The notes under the pieces were generated by a model. That model had not been told where the DNA came from. It saw only the letters and a program-made list of their open reading frames with translations, and did not search any database. A program made the position numbers and the translations under genes. From NCBI GenBank assembly GCA_965203905.1, contig CBDBDQ010000005.1, positions 4,640,001-4,704,000 on the forward strand: DNA of 64,000 nt. Reading direction: 5' to 3'. Source of the DNA: Spirochaetia bacterium (lineage in GTDB: Bacteria > Spirochaetota > Spirochaetia > SZUA-6 > Bin103). This document shows, piece after piece, positions 1 through 10,319 of the stretch; position 1 is the first letter of the stretch; each line of letters starts with the position of its first letter.

Positions 1-1
1 C

Positions 2-1090
2 ACGTCTCGCGACGAAAGCGCGTACCTGGCATCCCAGTGGCAGCTCGTGTGGCGGAAGTTCCGCCGCCACCGGCTGGCTCTGGTGGGGGGCACGTTCCTC
101 GCCGTGCTCTACGCGCTGGCCTTGTTCGGCGACTTCGTGGCTCCCTATCCGATCGCCGAGCGCCACGCCGACCAGGCCAACCATCCGTTGCAGCGGGTGC
201 GCTTCTTCGATCAGGGCACGCTGCGCCTGCGGCCCTTCGTATACGCGACGACGCCGGGTCTCGACACGGAGACGTTTCTGCGGGCCTATCCCATCCAGAA
301 GGAGCGGCGCTACCCGTTGCATTTCTTCGTGCGCGGCTGGTCCTACAAGATCCTCGGCCTGATTCCATCGAACCGCCACCTGTTCGGCGTGCAGGAGGGA
401 CATGTCTACCTGTTCGGGACCGACTCCCTGGGGCGGGACCTGCTCTCTCGTACGGTGCATGCAGCCAGAATCTCGCTGACGATCGGTCTCGCGGGAGTGG
501 GCATCAGTCTCCTCCTCGGCATCGTGCTGGGCGGGATTTCCGGCTACTACGGCGGGCGCGTCGACCTGTTCATCCAGCGCCTGATCGAGATCCTGCTGTC
601 AATCCCGACCATTCCGCTGTGGATGGGCCTGAGCGCCGCTCTGCCCGCCGACTGGCCCCCCGCACGGGTCTACTTCGGCGTCGTCGTGATCGTGTCGGTG
701 ATTGGCTGGACCGGGATCGCACGCATCGTGCGCGGCAGGTTCCTCCAGCTTCGGGAAGAGGACTTCGTGATGGCGGCAAAGGTAACGGGATGCTCCGATT
801 CGCGGATCATCTTCGCGCACCTGGTGCCGGCGTTCGCCAGTTACATCATCGTGCGCGCGACGCTCGCCGTGCCGGCCATGATTCTCGGTGAGACCGCGCT
901 CAGCTTTCTCGGGCTGGGGCTGCGCGAGCCGGTGGTGAGCTGGGGTACGCTGCTGCGGGACGCGCAGCACGTGAGGACCATATTCCTGTACCCTTGGCTG
1001 CTGATTCCGGCGTTGTTCGTGGTCGTCACCGTGCTGGCGTTCAACTTTGTCGGTGACGGCCTGCGGGACGCGGCCGATCCTTACAAGTGA
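2..1090 (+). CDS. Peptide/oligosaccharide ABC transporter permease (OppC/DppC type), 5' end outside window
   Basis: Open from base 2; GTDSLGRD and EAA-like 'FVMAAKVTGCS' motifs; ends GDGLRDAADPY. Confidence 0.92.
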   Translation, partial: TSRDESAYLASQWQLVWRKFRRHRLALVGGTFLAVLYALALFGDFVAPYPIAERHADQANHPLQRVRFFDQGTLRLRPFVYATTPGLDTETFLRAYPIQKERRYPLHFFVRGWSYKILGLIPSNRHLFGVQEGHVYLFGTDSLGRDLLSRTVHAARISLTIGLAGVGISLLLGIVLGGISGYYGGRVDLFIQRLIEILLSIPTIPLWMGLSAALPADWPPARVYFGVVVIVSVIGWTGIARIVRGRFLQLREEDFVMAAKVTGCSDSRIIFAHLVPAFASYIIVRATLAVPAMILGETALSFLGLGLREPVVSWGTLLRDAQHVRTIFLYPWLLIPALFVVVTVLAFNFVGDGLRDAADPYK

Positions 1091-1131
1091 CCGCCGTGAC
1101 CCGGCTGCGGGATCACACTCGGGAGCGAACG

Positions 1132-1977
1132 ATGATTGTCGATACTCACGTGCACGTGTGGGAGATGCCGCCGGTGGCGCCGGTCGGGCCGACCGCGCCG
1201 AGCTTTACCGCCTTGCCCGCCGCGGCGGCGCCGGTGGAGCTGCTGCTCGACGACATGGACGCCAACGGCGTGGACGCGGCGGTGCTGGTGCAGACGAGCT
1301 GGTCGACCTGGGACAACACCTACGTGGCGCAGGCGGCCGCGGCCGGCAGCCGCCTGTGCTCGATCGGGCTGATCGATCCGTTGGACGCGGGCAACGCGCA
1401 GCGGGTGGCGACGTGGATGGATCGGTTCGCCATGCGCGGGTTCCGCTTCCATCCCGACTACTATCCGCAGGTGGAGGTCCTCACGCTGCCCCACAACGGC
1501 GCGCTGTTCGAGGAGATCGAGGCTCGCACCGGCATCGTGAAGGTGCACAACCGGGCGCCAAACGCACCGCAACTCGATGCCGTGGCCGGTCGCTACCCGG
1601 GCATCACCTGGATCATCGATCACCTGATGTACCCGGAGCCGGCGATGGCCGCGACCGACTGGCGCGACTACGCCCCGGTCCTGGCCCTGGCGCGCCACCC
1701 GAACGTCAGGCTCACGATCTCCGACATCCACAGCCGCTCGGATGCGGCGTTCCCGTATCGTGACATGCACGACGTGGTGCGGCGGGCGATCGACGCGTTC
1801 GGGATCGAGCGCTGCCTGTGGGGTACCGGCTACCCCGGCTACCACCGCGAGCGGCACGGCTGGCCCTCCCTGGCCGACGAGCTGCGCCTGGTGCGGGAAG
1901 GATTCGACTGGCTGACCGCGGGTGAACGCGAATTGCTGCTCGGAGAGAACGCCCGCAGGCTGTTCGGATTCGGCTGA
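1132..1977 (+). CDS. Amidohydrolase_2 family protein
   Basis: N-terminal DTHVHVW, IDH and WGTGYP motifs. Confidence 0.85.
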   Translation: MIVDTHVHVWEMPPVAPVGPTAPSFTALPAAAAPVELLLDDMDANGVDAAVLVQTSWSTWDNTYVAQAAAAGSRLCSIGLIDPLDAGNAQRVATWMDRFAMRGFRFHPDYYPQVEVLTLPHNGALFEEIEARTGIVKVHNRAPNAPQLDAVAGRYPGITWIIDHLMYPEPAMAATDWRDYAPVLALARHPNVRLTISDIHSRSDAAFPYRDMHDVVRRAIDAFGIERCLWGTGYPGYHRERHGWPSLADELRLVREGFDWLTAGERELLLGENARRLFGFG

Positions 1978-2056
1978 GCGCACCGCCCCGACGGTGCTTT
2001 GCTGCTGCACTCCGGTTGACAGCGCACGGACCGCCGCCCATGCTCGCGGAGAGCCG

Positions 2057-3622
2057 ATGGGCGGGGCGCACTTCGATACGATCATCGTCGGCGCCGGGGC
2101 CGCGGGTGCGGTGCTGGCGGCGCGGCTGTCCGAGGATCCGGCGCGACGGGTGCTGCTGCTCGAGGCCGGTCCCGACTTCCCCGACGGGCGTTTGCCGGAG
2201 GAGATCCGCTACGGCTTCGGCCGCCACCGGGACCTGTGGGCGCTCGCGTTCGGCTACGACACCGCCTACGGCTGGGACTACCGCGCCCGCGCCACCCGCT
2301 ACCAGCCGCGCATGTTCGTGCCGCGCGGCAAGGTGGTGGGCGGCTCCAGCGCCATCAACGCGCAGATCTTCCTGCGCGGGGTGCCGGAGGACTACGACGC
2401 GTGGGCCGCCGCCGGCTGCCCCAAGTGGAGCTTCGCCGAGCTGCTGCCCAGCCTGCGTCGGGTCGAGGCCGATCCCGGCTTCTCCGACTCCTTTCACGGC
2501 GCGTCCGGTCCGATCCCCGTGCGCCGCTTCGGCCGCCGCGAGCTGCAGCCGGAGCAGCGGGCGTTTCTGGAGGCATGTCTCGATGCCGGCTTCGCCGAGT
2601 GCGCCGACCACAACGCTCCCGACTCCACCGGTGTCGGCCCGCTGCCGTTCAACCACACCGCCGCCGGCGTACGCTGGAGCGCCGCCATGGGCTACCTGGA
2701 CCCCGCCCGCGGGCGCCGCAACCTGACCATCCGGCCGTGCCGTCACGCCGAGCGGCTGCTGCTGGAGCGCGGCCGCGCCACCGGCGTCGCGCTACGTGGC
2801 CCGGACGGCCCCGAGGCGGTGCACGGCGCTGAGCTGCTGCTGTGCTGCGGGGCGATCGGGACGCCCCACCTGCTGCTGCGCTCCGGCATCGGGCCCGCCG
2901 ACCACCTGCGGGAGGTGGGCGTGCCGGTGGTGCACGACCGGCCCGGCGTCGGCGCCAACCTGCGCGACCACCCGCAGGCCGCGGTGGTGGTGCGCGCGGC
3001 GGATGGGTTCCGGCAGTCGGGAACGGAACCGCGGCTGCAGATCGGGCTGCGCTATACCGCGGCCGGGTCTTCACTGCGCAATGACATGATCATATTGCTG
3101 ATCGGGTTCGCCACCGCCGAGGGCCACTACCGCGCGGGCCTGGCACCGCTCGGCTTCACCGTGGTGCCCGCGCTGTATCTCGCCGCCGGCGCCGGCAGTG
3201 TTCGCCTGCGTTCGCCGGCAGCCGACTCACCACCGCTGCTGGACTACCACTACCTGGCCGAGGCGAGCGACCGGGAACGGATGCGGGAGTCGATACGCAT
3301 CGCCGCGGATCTGCTGCGGCACCGCAGCTTCCGCCCGCTGGTGGCGCAGCGGATCAGTCCCACCGACGCCGAACTGGGCGCCGACGCTGCCCTCGACGAG
3401 TGGCTGCTGCGGGTCGTGCAGACCAGCCACCACGTATCGTCGACCTGCCGCATGGGCACCTCCGACGACCCGGCGAGCGTCGTGGATCAGGAGGGGAGGG
3501 TGCACGGCGTCGACGGCCTGCGGGTCGCCGACGCCTCCATCATGCCGGACTGCGTGCGCGCCAACACCAACTGCACGTCCATGGCCATCGGCGAGCGGAT
3601 CGCCGAATTCATGCGTCGCTGA
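2057..3622 (+). CDS. GMC oxidoreductase (choline dehydrogenase-like)
   Basis: GAGAAG FAD motif, RGKVVGGSSAIN, HHVSSTCRMG, LRVADASIMP. Confidence 0.92.
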   Translation: MGGAHFDTIIVGAGAAGAVLAARLSEDPARRVLLLEAGPDFPDGRLPEEIRYGFGRHRDLWALAFGYDTAYGWDYRARATRYQPRMFVPRGKVVGGSSAINAQIFLRGVPEDYDAWAAAGCPKWSFAELLPSLRRVEADPGFSDSFHGASGPIPVRRFGRRELQPEQRAFLEACLDAGFAECADHNAPDSTGVGPLPFNHTAAGVRWSAAMGYLDPARGRRNLTIRPCRHAERLLLERGRATGVALRGPDGPEAVHGAELLLCCGAIGTPHLLLRSGIGPADHLREVGVPVVHDRPGVGANLRDHPQAAVVVRAADGFRQSGTEPRLQIGLRYTAAGSSLRNDMIILLIGFATAEGHYRAGLAPLGFTVVPALYLAAGAGSVRLRSPAADSPPLLDYHYLAEASDRERMRESIRIAADLLRHRSFRPLVAQRISPTDAELGADAALDEWLLRVVQTSHHVSSTCRMGTSDDPASVVDQEGRVHGVDGLRVADASIMPDCVRANTNCTSMAIGERIAEFMRR

Positions 3623-3626
3623 GTGG

Positions 3627-4217
3627 GTGCGGCTTCTCGTCAGCGTGCCGCTGGTCCTGCTGCTGGCCGCATGCGCCACCTCCGCGGATCCGCCGCACGA
3701 CTCGGCGGCGCATGCGCCATGCGTCGCCCAACGGGGGCCGTTGCGGGCTGACGCTACCCTGGAGGGGGCGGCGGGCAGCTATCTGCTGACGCTGGTCGCT
3801 CCCACCGCAAACGGTGGCCAGGTCAGCGTCTCCGGGGCTCTCCACCTGGAGCCGAACCAGCCGGCCCTGCGCGTGTTTGGCGAGGGCGTGAGCACGCCCC
3901 TGTACGGCTGGGTGGAGATCGAGCTGCAGGCGGTGGGAGCCGTGGAGGTCGGCGCTGCGGGATCGCGCGATCCGCTGCGCCCGGGCGTGCTGGTGCTGGA
4001 ACAGCGGCGGGACGCCGCGGTGGCACCGCAGATCACGCTGCGCCTGGGATCCCTCGCCAACCTGCGCACCGAGCGCGGCGCCTTCGACGGCGGCTACCTC
4101 GCGCTGCACGTGGAGCACCTGGAGCCGGACAGCTTTGGCGGCGGCTGGGTGAGCGGCATTCACGCAACCCGCGTCGCGGGGCACTTCTGTGCGACGCGGG
4201 TTGCCCAACGTACCTGA
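3627..4217 (+). CDS. Hypothetical lipoprotein
   Basis: GTG 4 nt after GMC stop; hydrophobic signal ending in lipobox LAAC. Confidence 0.6.
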   Translation: MRLLVSVPLVLLLAACATSADPPHDSAAHAPCVAQRGPLRADATLEGAAGSYLLTLVAPTANGGQVSVSGALHLEPNQPALRVFGEGVSTPLYGWVEIELQAVGAVEVGAAGSRDPLRPGVLVLEQRRDAAVAPQITLRLGSLANLRTERGAFDGGYLALHVEHLEPDSFGGGWVSGIHATRVAGHFCATRVAQRT

Positions 4218-4228
4218 CGGCGCGCCGG

Positions 4229-5863
4229 CTACTCGGCTCCGGTGGTGGGGACGAAGCTTGCCCAGTAGGGCTCCGGGTCCACCCGGGCGTCGATCAGCGT
4301 GGCGGTGTCCGCCTGCAACGCCTGCCGCAGGGCGTTCCGGAACTCGTCCGGATCCGAGACCGTGACGCCCTGCAGCCCGCAGGCGCGCGCTACCTGGGCG
4401 TAGTCCACCGGCTGCAGGTCCAGCGAGTAGGCGGGAAAGCCGCGTGCCCGCTGCCGCGCGCGGATGGTGCCGTAGGCCTGGTCGTTGACGATTACCAGCG
4501 GCACCGCGGCACCGGTACGGGCAAATGCCTCCAGCTCGCCGAGCCGCATGAGGGCGCTGCCGTCACCCCCCAGGCCTACCATCGCGCGCTGGGGGCGCGC
4601 CAGCTTGGCCCCCAGAATGGCGGGCAGCATGAGCCCCATGGTGCGTCCGCCGGCCGAGCCGAAGAAGGTGTCCGGCCGATACACCGGCCACAGGTACTCA
4701 AGCATCAGTACGAAGGCTGCGGATTCGGAGAACAGCATGCCGTCACGGGGCAGCGCGCCGCGGATGCCGTCGATGATGTCCTGCACCGCGAACCGGGCAT
4801 CGCCGGGGCGGGCGAAGCGGTCGCCCGCCCCGGCCTGCAGCCGGTGGATGGCGGCCACCGGAAAGCCATCGTCCACGCGCTCCCTCGCCGCCGCCGCCAG
4901 GGCCGCCAGCGTAGCGCCCAGCGCTCCGTCCACGCGCGCCCGCGGCAACGGCGACAGGGTCTGGTAGGCACGGTCCGCGACCAGCTCCACGGTGGGCAGC
5001 TGCGCCTGCCACGGCGCCTCCGCGGCCAGCGGATCCACGCCTGCCAGGATCACGCCGTCGGCCTCCGCCAGCACCCGGTTGGCGAGCACCGCGGGCGGCG
5101 GCAGACAGGCGAACACCCCGGCGAAGCGGGGATGGTCCTCCGCCAGCACGCCGCGGGCATCGATCGCCACCAGCACCGCCGCACCGATCCGCTCCGCCAG
5201 CCGCTCCAGCTCATCCTGCGCACCGGCGCGCAGCAGGTCGGCGCCGGCTATGATCACCGGCCGCCGCATCGCGGCAACGACGGCCGCCGCGGCGGCCACG
5301 GCCGGCGCATCGGTCGCAGCGGGTGGAGCGCCGGCGGCTTCCGGCGCGGCCGGCGCAGCGGCCCCCGCCTCCGCGCCCCCCAGGTCGCCGGGCAGATCCA
5401 GCAACACCGGGCCCGGACGCCCCGCCGCCGCGCGGTCGAAGGCGGCGTCGATGGTGGTGCCGGCACCCGCCGGCAGCAGTCTCGCCACCTGCTTCGCGGC
5501 CGTTTGGAACAGACCGGGCTGGTCGATCCGCTGCCCCATCTCCGCCGGCAGGAACGCCTCCGGCAGCGCCTCGGTAATGCATACTACCGGCTTGCGTTCG
5601 AAGTAGGCGTTTACCGCACCGCCCACCAGGTTGCCGGCCCCCGGGCCCTTGATCGCCAGGGCCAGACCCGCGCAGCCGCGCAGGTGTCCGTAGTAGGCGG
5701 CCGCGATTGCCGCCGAGGCCTCGTTGGCCGTGGACACGAACTCCACGCCCCGCCGCCGCCCGGCATCGATCAGGTCCATCAGCGCACCGCTGCCCGGTAC
5801 TCCGAAGCAGTGCCGCGCACCGCGCCTCCAGGCCGCCTCGATAAGCGCCTCGGGAATGGTCAT
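4229..5863 (-). CDS. Thiamine pyrophosphate-binding enzyme (acetolactate synthase-like fold)
   Basis: FGVPG, 'NEASA' catalytic Glu, GPGAGN, GDG...ND TPP motif. Confidence 0.9.
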   Translation of the reverse strand: MTIPEALIEAAWRRGARHCFGVPGSGALMDLIDAGRRRGVEFVSTANEASAAIAAAYYGHLRGCAGLALAIKGPGAGNLVGGAVNAYFERKPVVCITEALPEAFLPAEMGQRIDQPGLFQTAAKQVARLLPAGAGTTIDAAFDRAAAGRPGPVLLDLPGDLGGAEAGAAAPAAPEAAGAPPAATDAPAVAAAAAVVAAMRRPVIIAGADLLRAGAQDELERLAERIGAAVLVAIDARGVLAEDHPRFAGVFACLPPPAVLANRVLAEADGVILAGVDPLAAEAPWQAQLPTVELVADRAYQTLSPLPRARVDGALGATLAALAAAARERVDDGFPVAAIHRLQAGAGDRFARPGDARFAVQDIIDGIRGALPRDGMLFSESAAFVLMLEYLWPVYRPDTFFGSAGGRTMGLMLPAILGAKLARPQRAMVGLGGDGSALMRLGELEAFARTGAAVPLVIVNDQAYGTIRARQRARGFPAYSLDLQPVDYAQVARACGLQGVTVSDPDEFRNALRQALQADTATLIDARVDPEPYWASFVPTTGAE

Positions 5864-5930
5864 GGCTGTCCTCCGCCGGTGACTGTGCCGCCGTCCCTGT
5901 GCGGCCCCGGGCCGACGGTGCGTCCCGGGA

Positions 5931-6833
5931 TCACCACGTTACGTCCATCATATCGCGGCCCCAGTACAAGGGTCCCGAATACCTGCTCTTCACCTCGGCG
6001 ATCGCCTGGCTGGTCTCTTCGGGTGGATCGAGGCTCGCCGCCTGGTGGTTGATCACCAGACGCCTGGCGCCGGCCGCGGCCGCCATGCGCCCCGCACCCA
6101 GGGTGCCGCTCTCGGAATTCTCGGTGTCGTATTCGCTCAACCGCTCCTCCCGATGGACCGCTTCCATGACGAACAGGTCAGCACCACGCGCCAATGCCAC
6201 CACCGCCTCCGTGGGTGCGGTGTCGCCGCTGAAGGCGACCACGCCTTGTGCGGTCTCGAAGCGGAAGCCGTAGCACGCAAGATAGGGCTGGGCGTGTTTC
6301 ACCTGGCGTGCGATGCAGGTCCAGTCGGGGCCGGTGGCCACCACTCCGTCGGCATATTCGTGTACCTCGACGACCGGCGCCGGGCGCGGGCCGCGTCCGC
6401 CCCGTGAGCGGTAAGCCGCGAGGCTCATCGGGTGGTTGGTGCGCGCCACCACGTCGTACCAGAACACACCCCGTTCGGGGCTCCAGATGCCCTCCGTGAT
6501 GTCGCGAATCGGTGGTGGTCCATACACCTGCAGATCGCCTTCGCCGCCGCTGGCCTGGTCGAACCGCGTCATCAGGAAGCAGGGATAGTCGGAGACGTGG
6601 TCGGAGTGCAGGTGGGTGAAGAACAGGTGGCGGATGGAAATGCACGGAGTACCCATGCGCTGCATCTTGTAGGTCGATGCCGGACCACAGTCGATCATCA
6701 GCCGCTCACCGCAGATCTCCAGTACGAAACAGGTCCCCCACCGGTTCGGGGTGGGAGTGGGCGTGCCGGCGCCGACGATACGCAGACGAGGCATGACAGT
6801 GCCGGGAGGGTAGCGTGGCGGCGCATCGGCCAC
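5931..6833 (-). CDS. MBL-fold metallo-hydrolase (RNase Z/arylsulfatase-like)
   Basis: THLHSDH, SGDT, late His; alternative start ATG 6794. Confidence 0.88.
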   Translation of the reverse strand: MADAPPRYPPGTVMPRLRIVGAGTPTPTPNRWGTCFVLEICGERLMIDCGPASTYKMQRMGTPCISIRHLFFTHLHSDHVSDYPCFLMTRFDQASGGEGDLQVYGPPPIRDITEGIWSPERGVFWYDVVARTNHPMSLAAYRSRGGRGPRPAPVVEVHEYADGVVATGPDWTCIARQVKHAQPYLACYGFRFETAQGVVAFSGDTAPTEAVVALARGADLFVMEAVHREERLSEYDTENSESGTLGAGRMAAAAGARRLVINHQAASLDPPEETSQAIAEVKSRYSGPLYWGRDMMDVTW

Positions 6834-6851
6834 AAGGTGCCAGGGATCAGG

Positions 6852-7586
6852 TCAACGGGTCACTTGAAAGAAGCGATCGTGCACCCCCTGCACCAGTTGC
6901 CGCTCGTCCTCTCCGATGCGGCGCCGCACGCGGTGGGAGCTGTCGGCGAACGAACCGATGCAGGCTGCCAGGTGCTGCGGCGTCATCTGCGTACTGCGGT
7001 CCGGGCTGTCGTAGCCGAAGAACACGTACACGCTGATCGACAGATCCTCGCCGCCCGGACCGCTGATGCGCGGATGCCAGGGGTGGCGGGTGCCGGTGGC
7101 AATCACTTCCCGGTCGTCCAGCAGGCATCTGAACAACACGTGCCGTCCCTCCACCCGATCCACCAGCAGGAAGGTCTGGTCGCGGAAGTAGAGCACCTGC
7201 ACCGGAAACTGGTCCCCCCGCACCGGCAGGATATCGAGCGGCGTGCCCAGCTCCTCGTTGCGCTGCAGCGCCAGCCGGAACTGCTCGTCGGTCTTGCGCG
7301 CGGCCGGATCGCGCCAGGAGTGCAGCAGCCCGCGCAGCGCGCGCCAGTTCATAGGACGGTCGGGATCGGGCGGCGGCTGCGGGTCGCGCAGGAACTCGTC
7401 GAAGCGCCGCACCATGGCGTCGCCCTCGTCGACGTGAACGGCGTAGTCCAGGCGCCGCTCGGCGCGTTGGGCGCGGGTGACGGGGCGCCAGCTGTCCGAC
7501 TCGCACGCGGCCAGCGCCGCCAGGAACACCGCCAGGAGAGCCGCGCCGATGGGCGCCCGCAGTTTGCTGTGGCGTTTCCCGAGCAC
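6852..7586 (-). CDS. Hypothetical lipoprotein
   Basis: Basic N-terminus, hydrophobic stretch, lipobox LAAC; start uncertain. Confidence 0.6.
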   Translation of the reverse strand: MLGKRHSKLRAPIGAALLAVFLAALAACESDSWRPVTRAQRAERRLDYAVHVDEGDAMVRRFDEFLRDPQPPPDPDRPMNWRALRGLLHSWRDPAARKTDEQFRLALQRNEELGTPLDILPVRGDQFPVQVLYFRDQTFLLVDRVEGRHVLFRCLLDDREVIATGTRHPWHPRISGPGGEDLSISVYVFFGYDSPDRSTQMTPQHLAACIGSFADSSHRVRRRIGEDERQLVQGVHDRFFQVTR

Positions 7587-7724
7587 GAACCAATGGTGCC
7601 AACTTGGCCCACGTCTCGGCAAGTTGGCGGCGAACCTGCCGTTGCAACGGTCCGCGAACGAGACGCTGGGGCGGCAACCCCGGTACACTCGCGCGCGTGA
7701 TGCAGGCTGTCGCGAGGAGGATGC

Positions 7725-8507
7725 ATGGCTGAGCCTCAGGTGGGCGTATGCGGCGCGCATGCCGAGTTGTGCGCGGTAGCGGGGTCGATCGACTTCGCGG
7801 AAGAGGCGGTGCAACGGCTGCTGGTGCCGGAGCAGCCGGAGGCGACGTTCGACCCTCCGCCGCCGGCGGCGCTCGCGACGCTCCCGATTTCCGCGGCCAA
7901 CGGGTTTCTGCCGGGCGACCTGCGTTCCACGGGACCGGCGGTGGACCTGGAGCGGCTGCGGCGCTACGCCGCGGCGGCGTTCCGGCGCGCGCGGCAGGTG
8001 GGGATCGGAATCGTCGTGTATGGCAGCGGCGCCTCGCGCCAGGTCGACGAGGGTTTCGACCGGGCACGTGCCGAGCAGCAGTTCGTGGAAGCCTTGCGCA
8101 CGGTCGGTCCCCCGGCGGCGGAGGCCGGCGTTACCGTGGTCGTGGAACCGCTCAACACCGCCGAGTGCAACCTCATCAACAGTGTGACCGAGGGCGCCGA
8201 GGCGGTGCGCGCCGCCGGACATCCCCACGTCATGCTGCTGGCCGACCTGTACCACATGCTGCGCGAGGACGAGAGCCCGGACGCCATCGAGCGGGCGGGC
8301 GCCCTGATCCGGCACGTGCACGTGGCGGAGAGAGCGGAGCGCACACCGCCGGGGGTCGCCGGCGACGACTTTCGCCCGTTCCTGCGCGCACTGGCCCGCA
8401 TCGGCTATGACGGCGCATTCTCGCTGGAGTGCCGCTGGCGGGATCAGCTCGCGCAGGCCCCGCCGGGGGTCGCGGCGCTGCGCCGCCAACTGGCTTCCAT
8501 CGCCTGA
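7725..8507 (+). CDS. Sugar phosphate isomerase/epimerase (xylose isomerase-like TIM barrel)
   Basis: GAGGAGG RBS; EPLN, DLYHM, HVHVAE, SLEC metal ligands. Confidence 0.9.
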   Translation: MAEPQVGVCGAHAELCAVAGSIDFAEEAVQRLLVPEQPEATFDPPPPAALATLPISAANGFLPGDLRSTGPAVDLERLRRYAAAAFRRARQVGIGIVVYGSGASRQVDEGFDRARAEQQFVEALRTVGPPAAEAGVTVVVEPLNTAECNLINSVTEGAEAVRAAGHPHVMLLADLYHMLREDESPDAIERAGALIRHVHVAERAERTPPGVAGDDFRPFLRALARIGYDGAFSLECRWRDQLAQAPPGVAALRRQLASIA

Positions 8508-8614
8508 GCGCTCGCCGGCAGGTCATTCGGCGGGTGGTTCCTCAGTTCTCACGATGGGCGCCGGCCGCGTGCCGCCGTACTTGCTTCCGACCGCGCGTCC
8601 CGGCCCGCCGGGCG

Positions 8615-10300
8615 GTGATCGGCGCGCCGTCACTGCTGGCAGTGGTGGGGCTGGCTCTCGCCACGGCCGGCTGCGACCTGTTCTTCCCTCCGGCGCTGTC
8701 GGTGCGGGTGCGGCCCTCGGAGCTGCTGGCGGATTACGCCGACCGGCCGTTGTGGCAGTGGAGCGTTGACGGGACGGGGAGAGTCGGACGGCTGCAGGTA
8801 TCCCTCGATCACGGCCGTTACCGCGAGCTGCCCCCGGCGGCCCGCTCCTATCGTGCGCCGGCACCGCTGGCGCCGGGGCGGCACGTGCTCACGGTCCGGG
8901 CCCAGGTCGGCGGCCGCACGCTGCGCGCGTCGTCCAGTGCGCGGGTAGCCGCCCTGCCGGCGTTGCCCGGTGGAATTCCGGACGACGCGCGCGGCAGGTG
9001 GTGGCTGGAGCAGATCCGGCTGCCGGAGGTGTGGCGGGCGTACGCCGGGGGCAGGCTGACGCCGCCGCGGCCGGTGATCGTGGCGGTCCTCGACGGCGGC
9101 TACCTGCCACATCCGGACCTGGCCGACGGCCTGGATCCCGGCGCCGGGTACGACTTCGTCAGCGCGGGCCTGCTGACCGACGGCGACGGGGTCGATCCCG
9201 ACGCCTACGCCGAGGGCGCCTGGCACGGTACCGCGGTCGCCGGCATCGTCGCCGCCGGCATCGGCAACGGCTACGTGGCCGGAATGGACTGGTCCGCGGA
9301 ACGCATCATCAGCATCATGCCGGTGCGCGTGATCGACGTCGACGGAACCGGCACCGACTACGACCTGGCGCAAGGGGTGCGCTACGCCGCGGGTCTGGAA
9401 AATGACTCCGGAGAGTTGCCGCCGCGGGCGGCCAAGATCATCAACGTCAGCATCACCGACCCGGAGCACGTCGCCGTCTCCGCGGTGCTGCAGAATGCCT
9501 TCCATGATGCCACCGAGGCGGGCGCGATCGTGGTAGCCGCCGCGGGCAACGAAGCCCCGGCGCAAGTGGCGGTACGGGCTCCCGCCAGCTCCGGCTGCAC
9601 CCTGGCGGTGGCGGCCGCCAACGTCGATCGCGAGCTCGCGGCCTACTCCAACTACGGCCCGCGGCTGGACCTGGTGGCCCCCGGCGGCGACGGCGGGGCC
9701 GCGCTGGAGGTGCTCGCCACCGCCCCGAACGGGTCGTGGTCCACGCGCCGGCAGCGGGGCACCTCGTTCGCCGCCCCGCACCTGTCCGGTGCGCTGGCAC
9801 TCCTGGCGGGCCACGCCCCCGACGTCACCCTGCAGGATGCCCGCGTGCTGCTGGCCGACTCGGCGGCGGACCTGGGACCGGCGGGATGGGACGATCGCTA
9901 CGGTGCCGGGCTGCTCGACGTGTTTGCGCTGCTCGGGGCGTACCCGCCGCGCGCCGAGGTCGCGGTGCCGCCGCTGCCGTGCCTGCCCCCGGCACCTTCG
10001 GCGGCCCTGCGCGGCGCCGCGGCGGCGGATGCGCTGGCGTCCGCCGGGCCACCGGCGTCCGCCGATCCGCGTACCCTGGTGGTGCGCTGGAGCGGTGCTC
10101 GGCTCAGCCGCGCGGCAGGCGCCGCCGCGGCCGCCGCACTGAGCAGCCGCCTCGGGCTGTTGCAGGTAAGCCCCGGCGACGGGGAGTTCAGCCTGGTGCG
10201 CCTGCGCCAGGACCAGGACCTGAGCCAGTTGAAGGCGCGCCTGGAGGCCGATCCGGCGGTGGCGTCGGTGCAGTTCAACCGCCGCTTCCGAGCACCGTGA
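8615..10300 (+). CDS. S8 subtilisin-family serine protease, lipoprotein
   Basis: Lipobox TAGC; triad VAVLDGG / HGTAVAG / GTSFAAP; AAAGN oxyanion Asn; start uncertain. Confidence 0.88.
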   Translation: MIGAPSLLAVVGLALATAGCDLFFPPALSVRVRPSELLADYADRPLWQWSVDGTGRVGRLQVSLDHGRYRELPPAARSYRAPAPLAPGRHVLTVRAQVGGRTLRASSSARVAALPALPGGIPDDARGRWWLEQIRLPEVWRAYAGGRLTPPRPVIVAVLDGGYLPHPDLADGLDPGAGYDFVSAGLLTDGDGVDPDAYAEGAWHGTAVAGIVAAGIGNGYVAGMDWSAERIISIMPVRVIDVDGTGTDYDLAQGVRYAAGLENDSGELPPRAAKIINVSITDPEHVAVSAVLQNAFHDATEAGAIVVAAAGNEAPAQVAVRAPASSGCTLAVAAANVDRELAAYSNYGPRLDLVAPGGDGGAALEVLATAPNGSWSTRRQRGTSFAAPHLSGALALLAGHAPDVTLQDARVLLADSAADLGPAGWDDRYGAGLLDVFALLGAYPPRAEVAVPPLPCLPPAPSAALRGAAAADALASAGPPASADPRTLVVRWSGARLSRAAGAAAAAALSSRLGLLQVSPGDGEFSLVRLRQDQDLSQLKARLEADPAVASVQFNRRFRAP

Positions 10301-10319
10301 GCCTGGCCGCCGCCACGCT

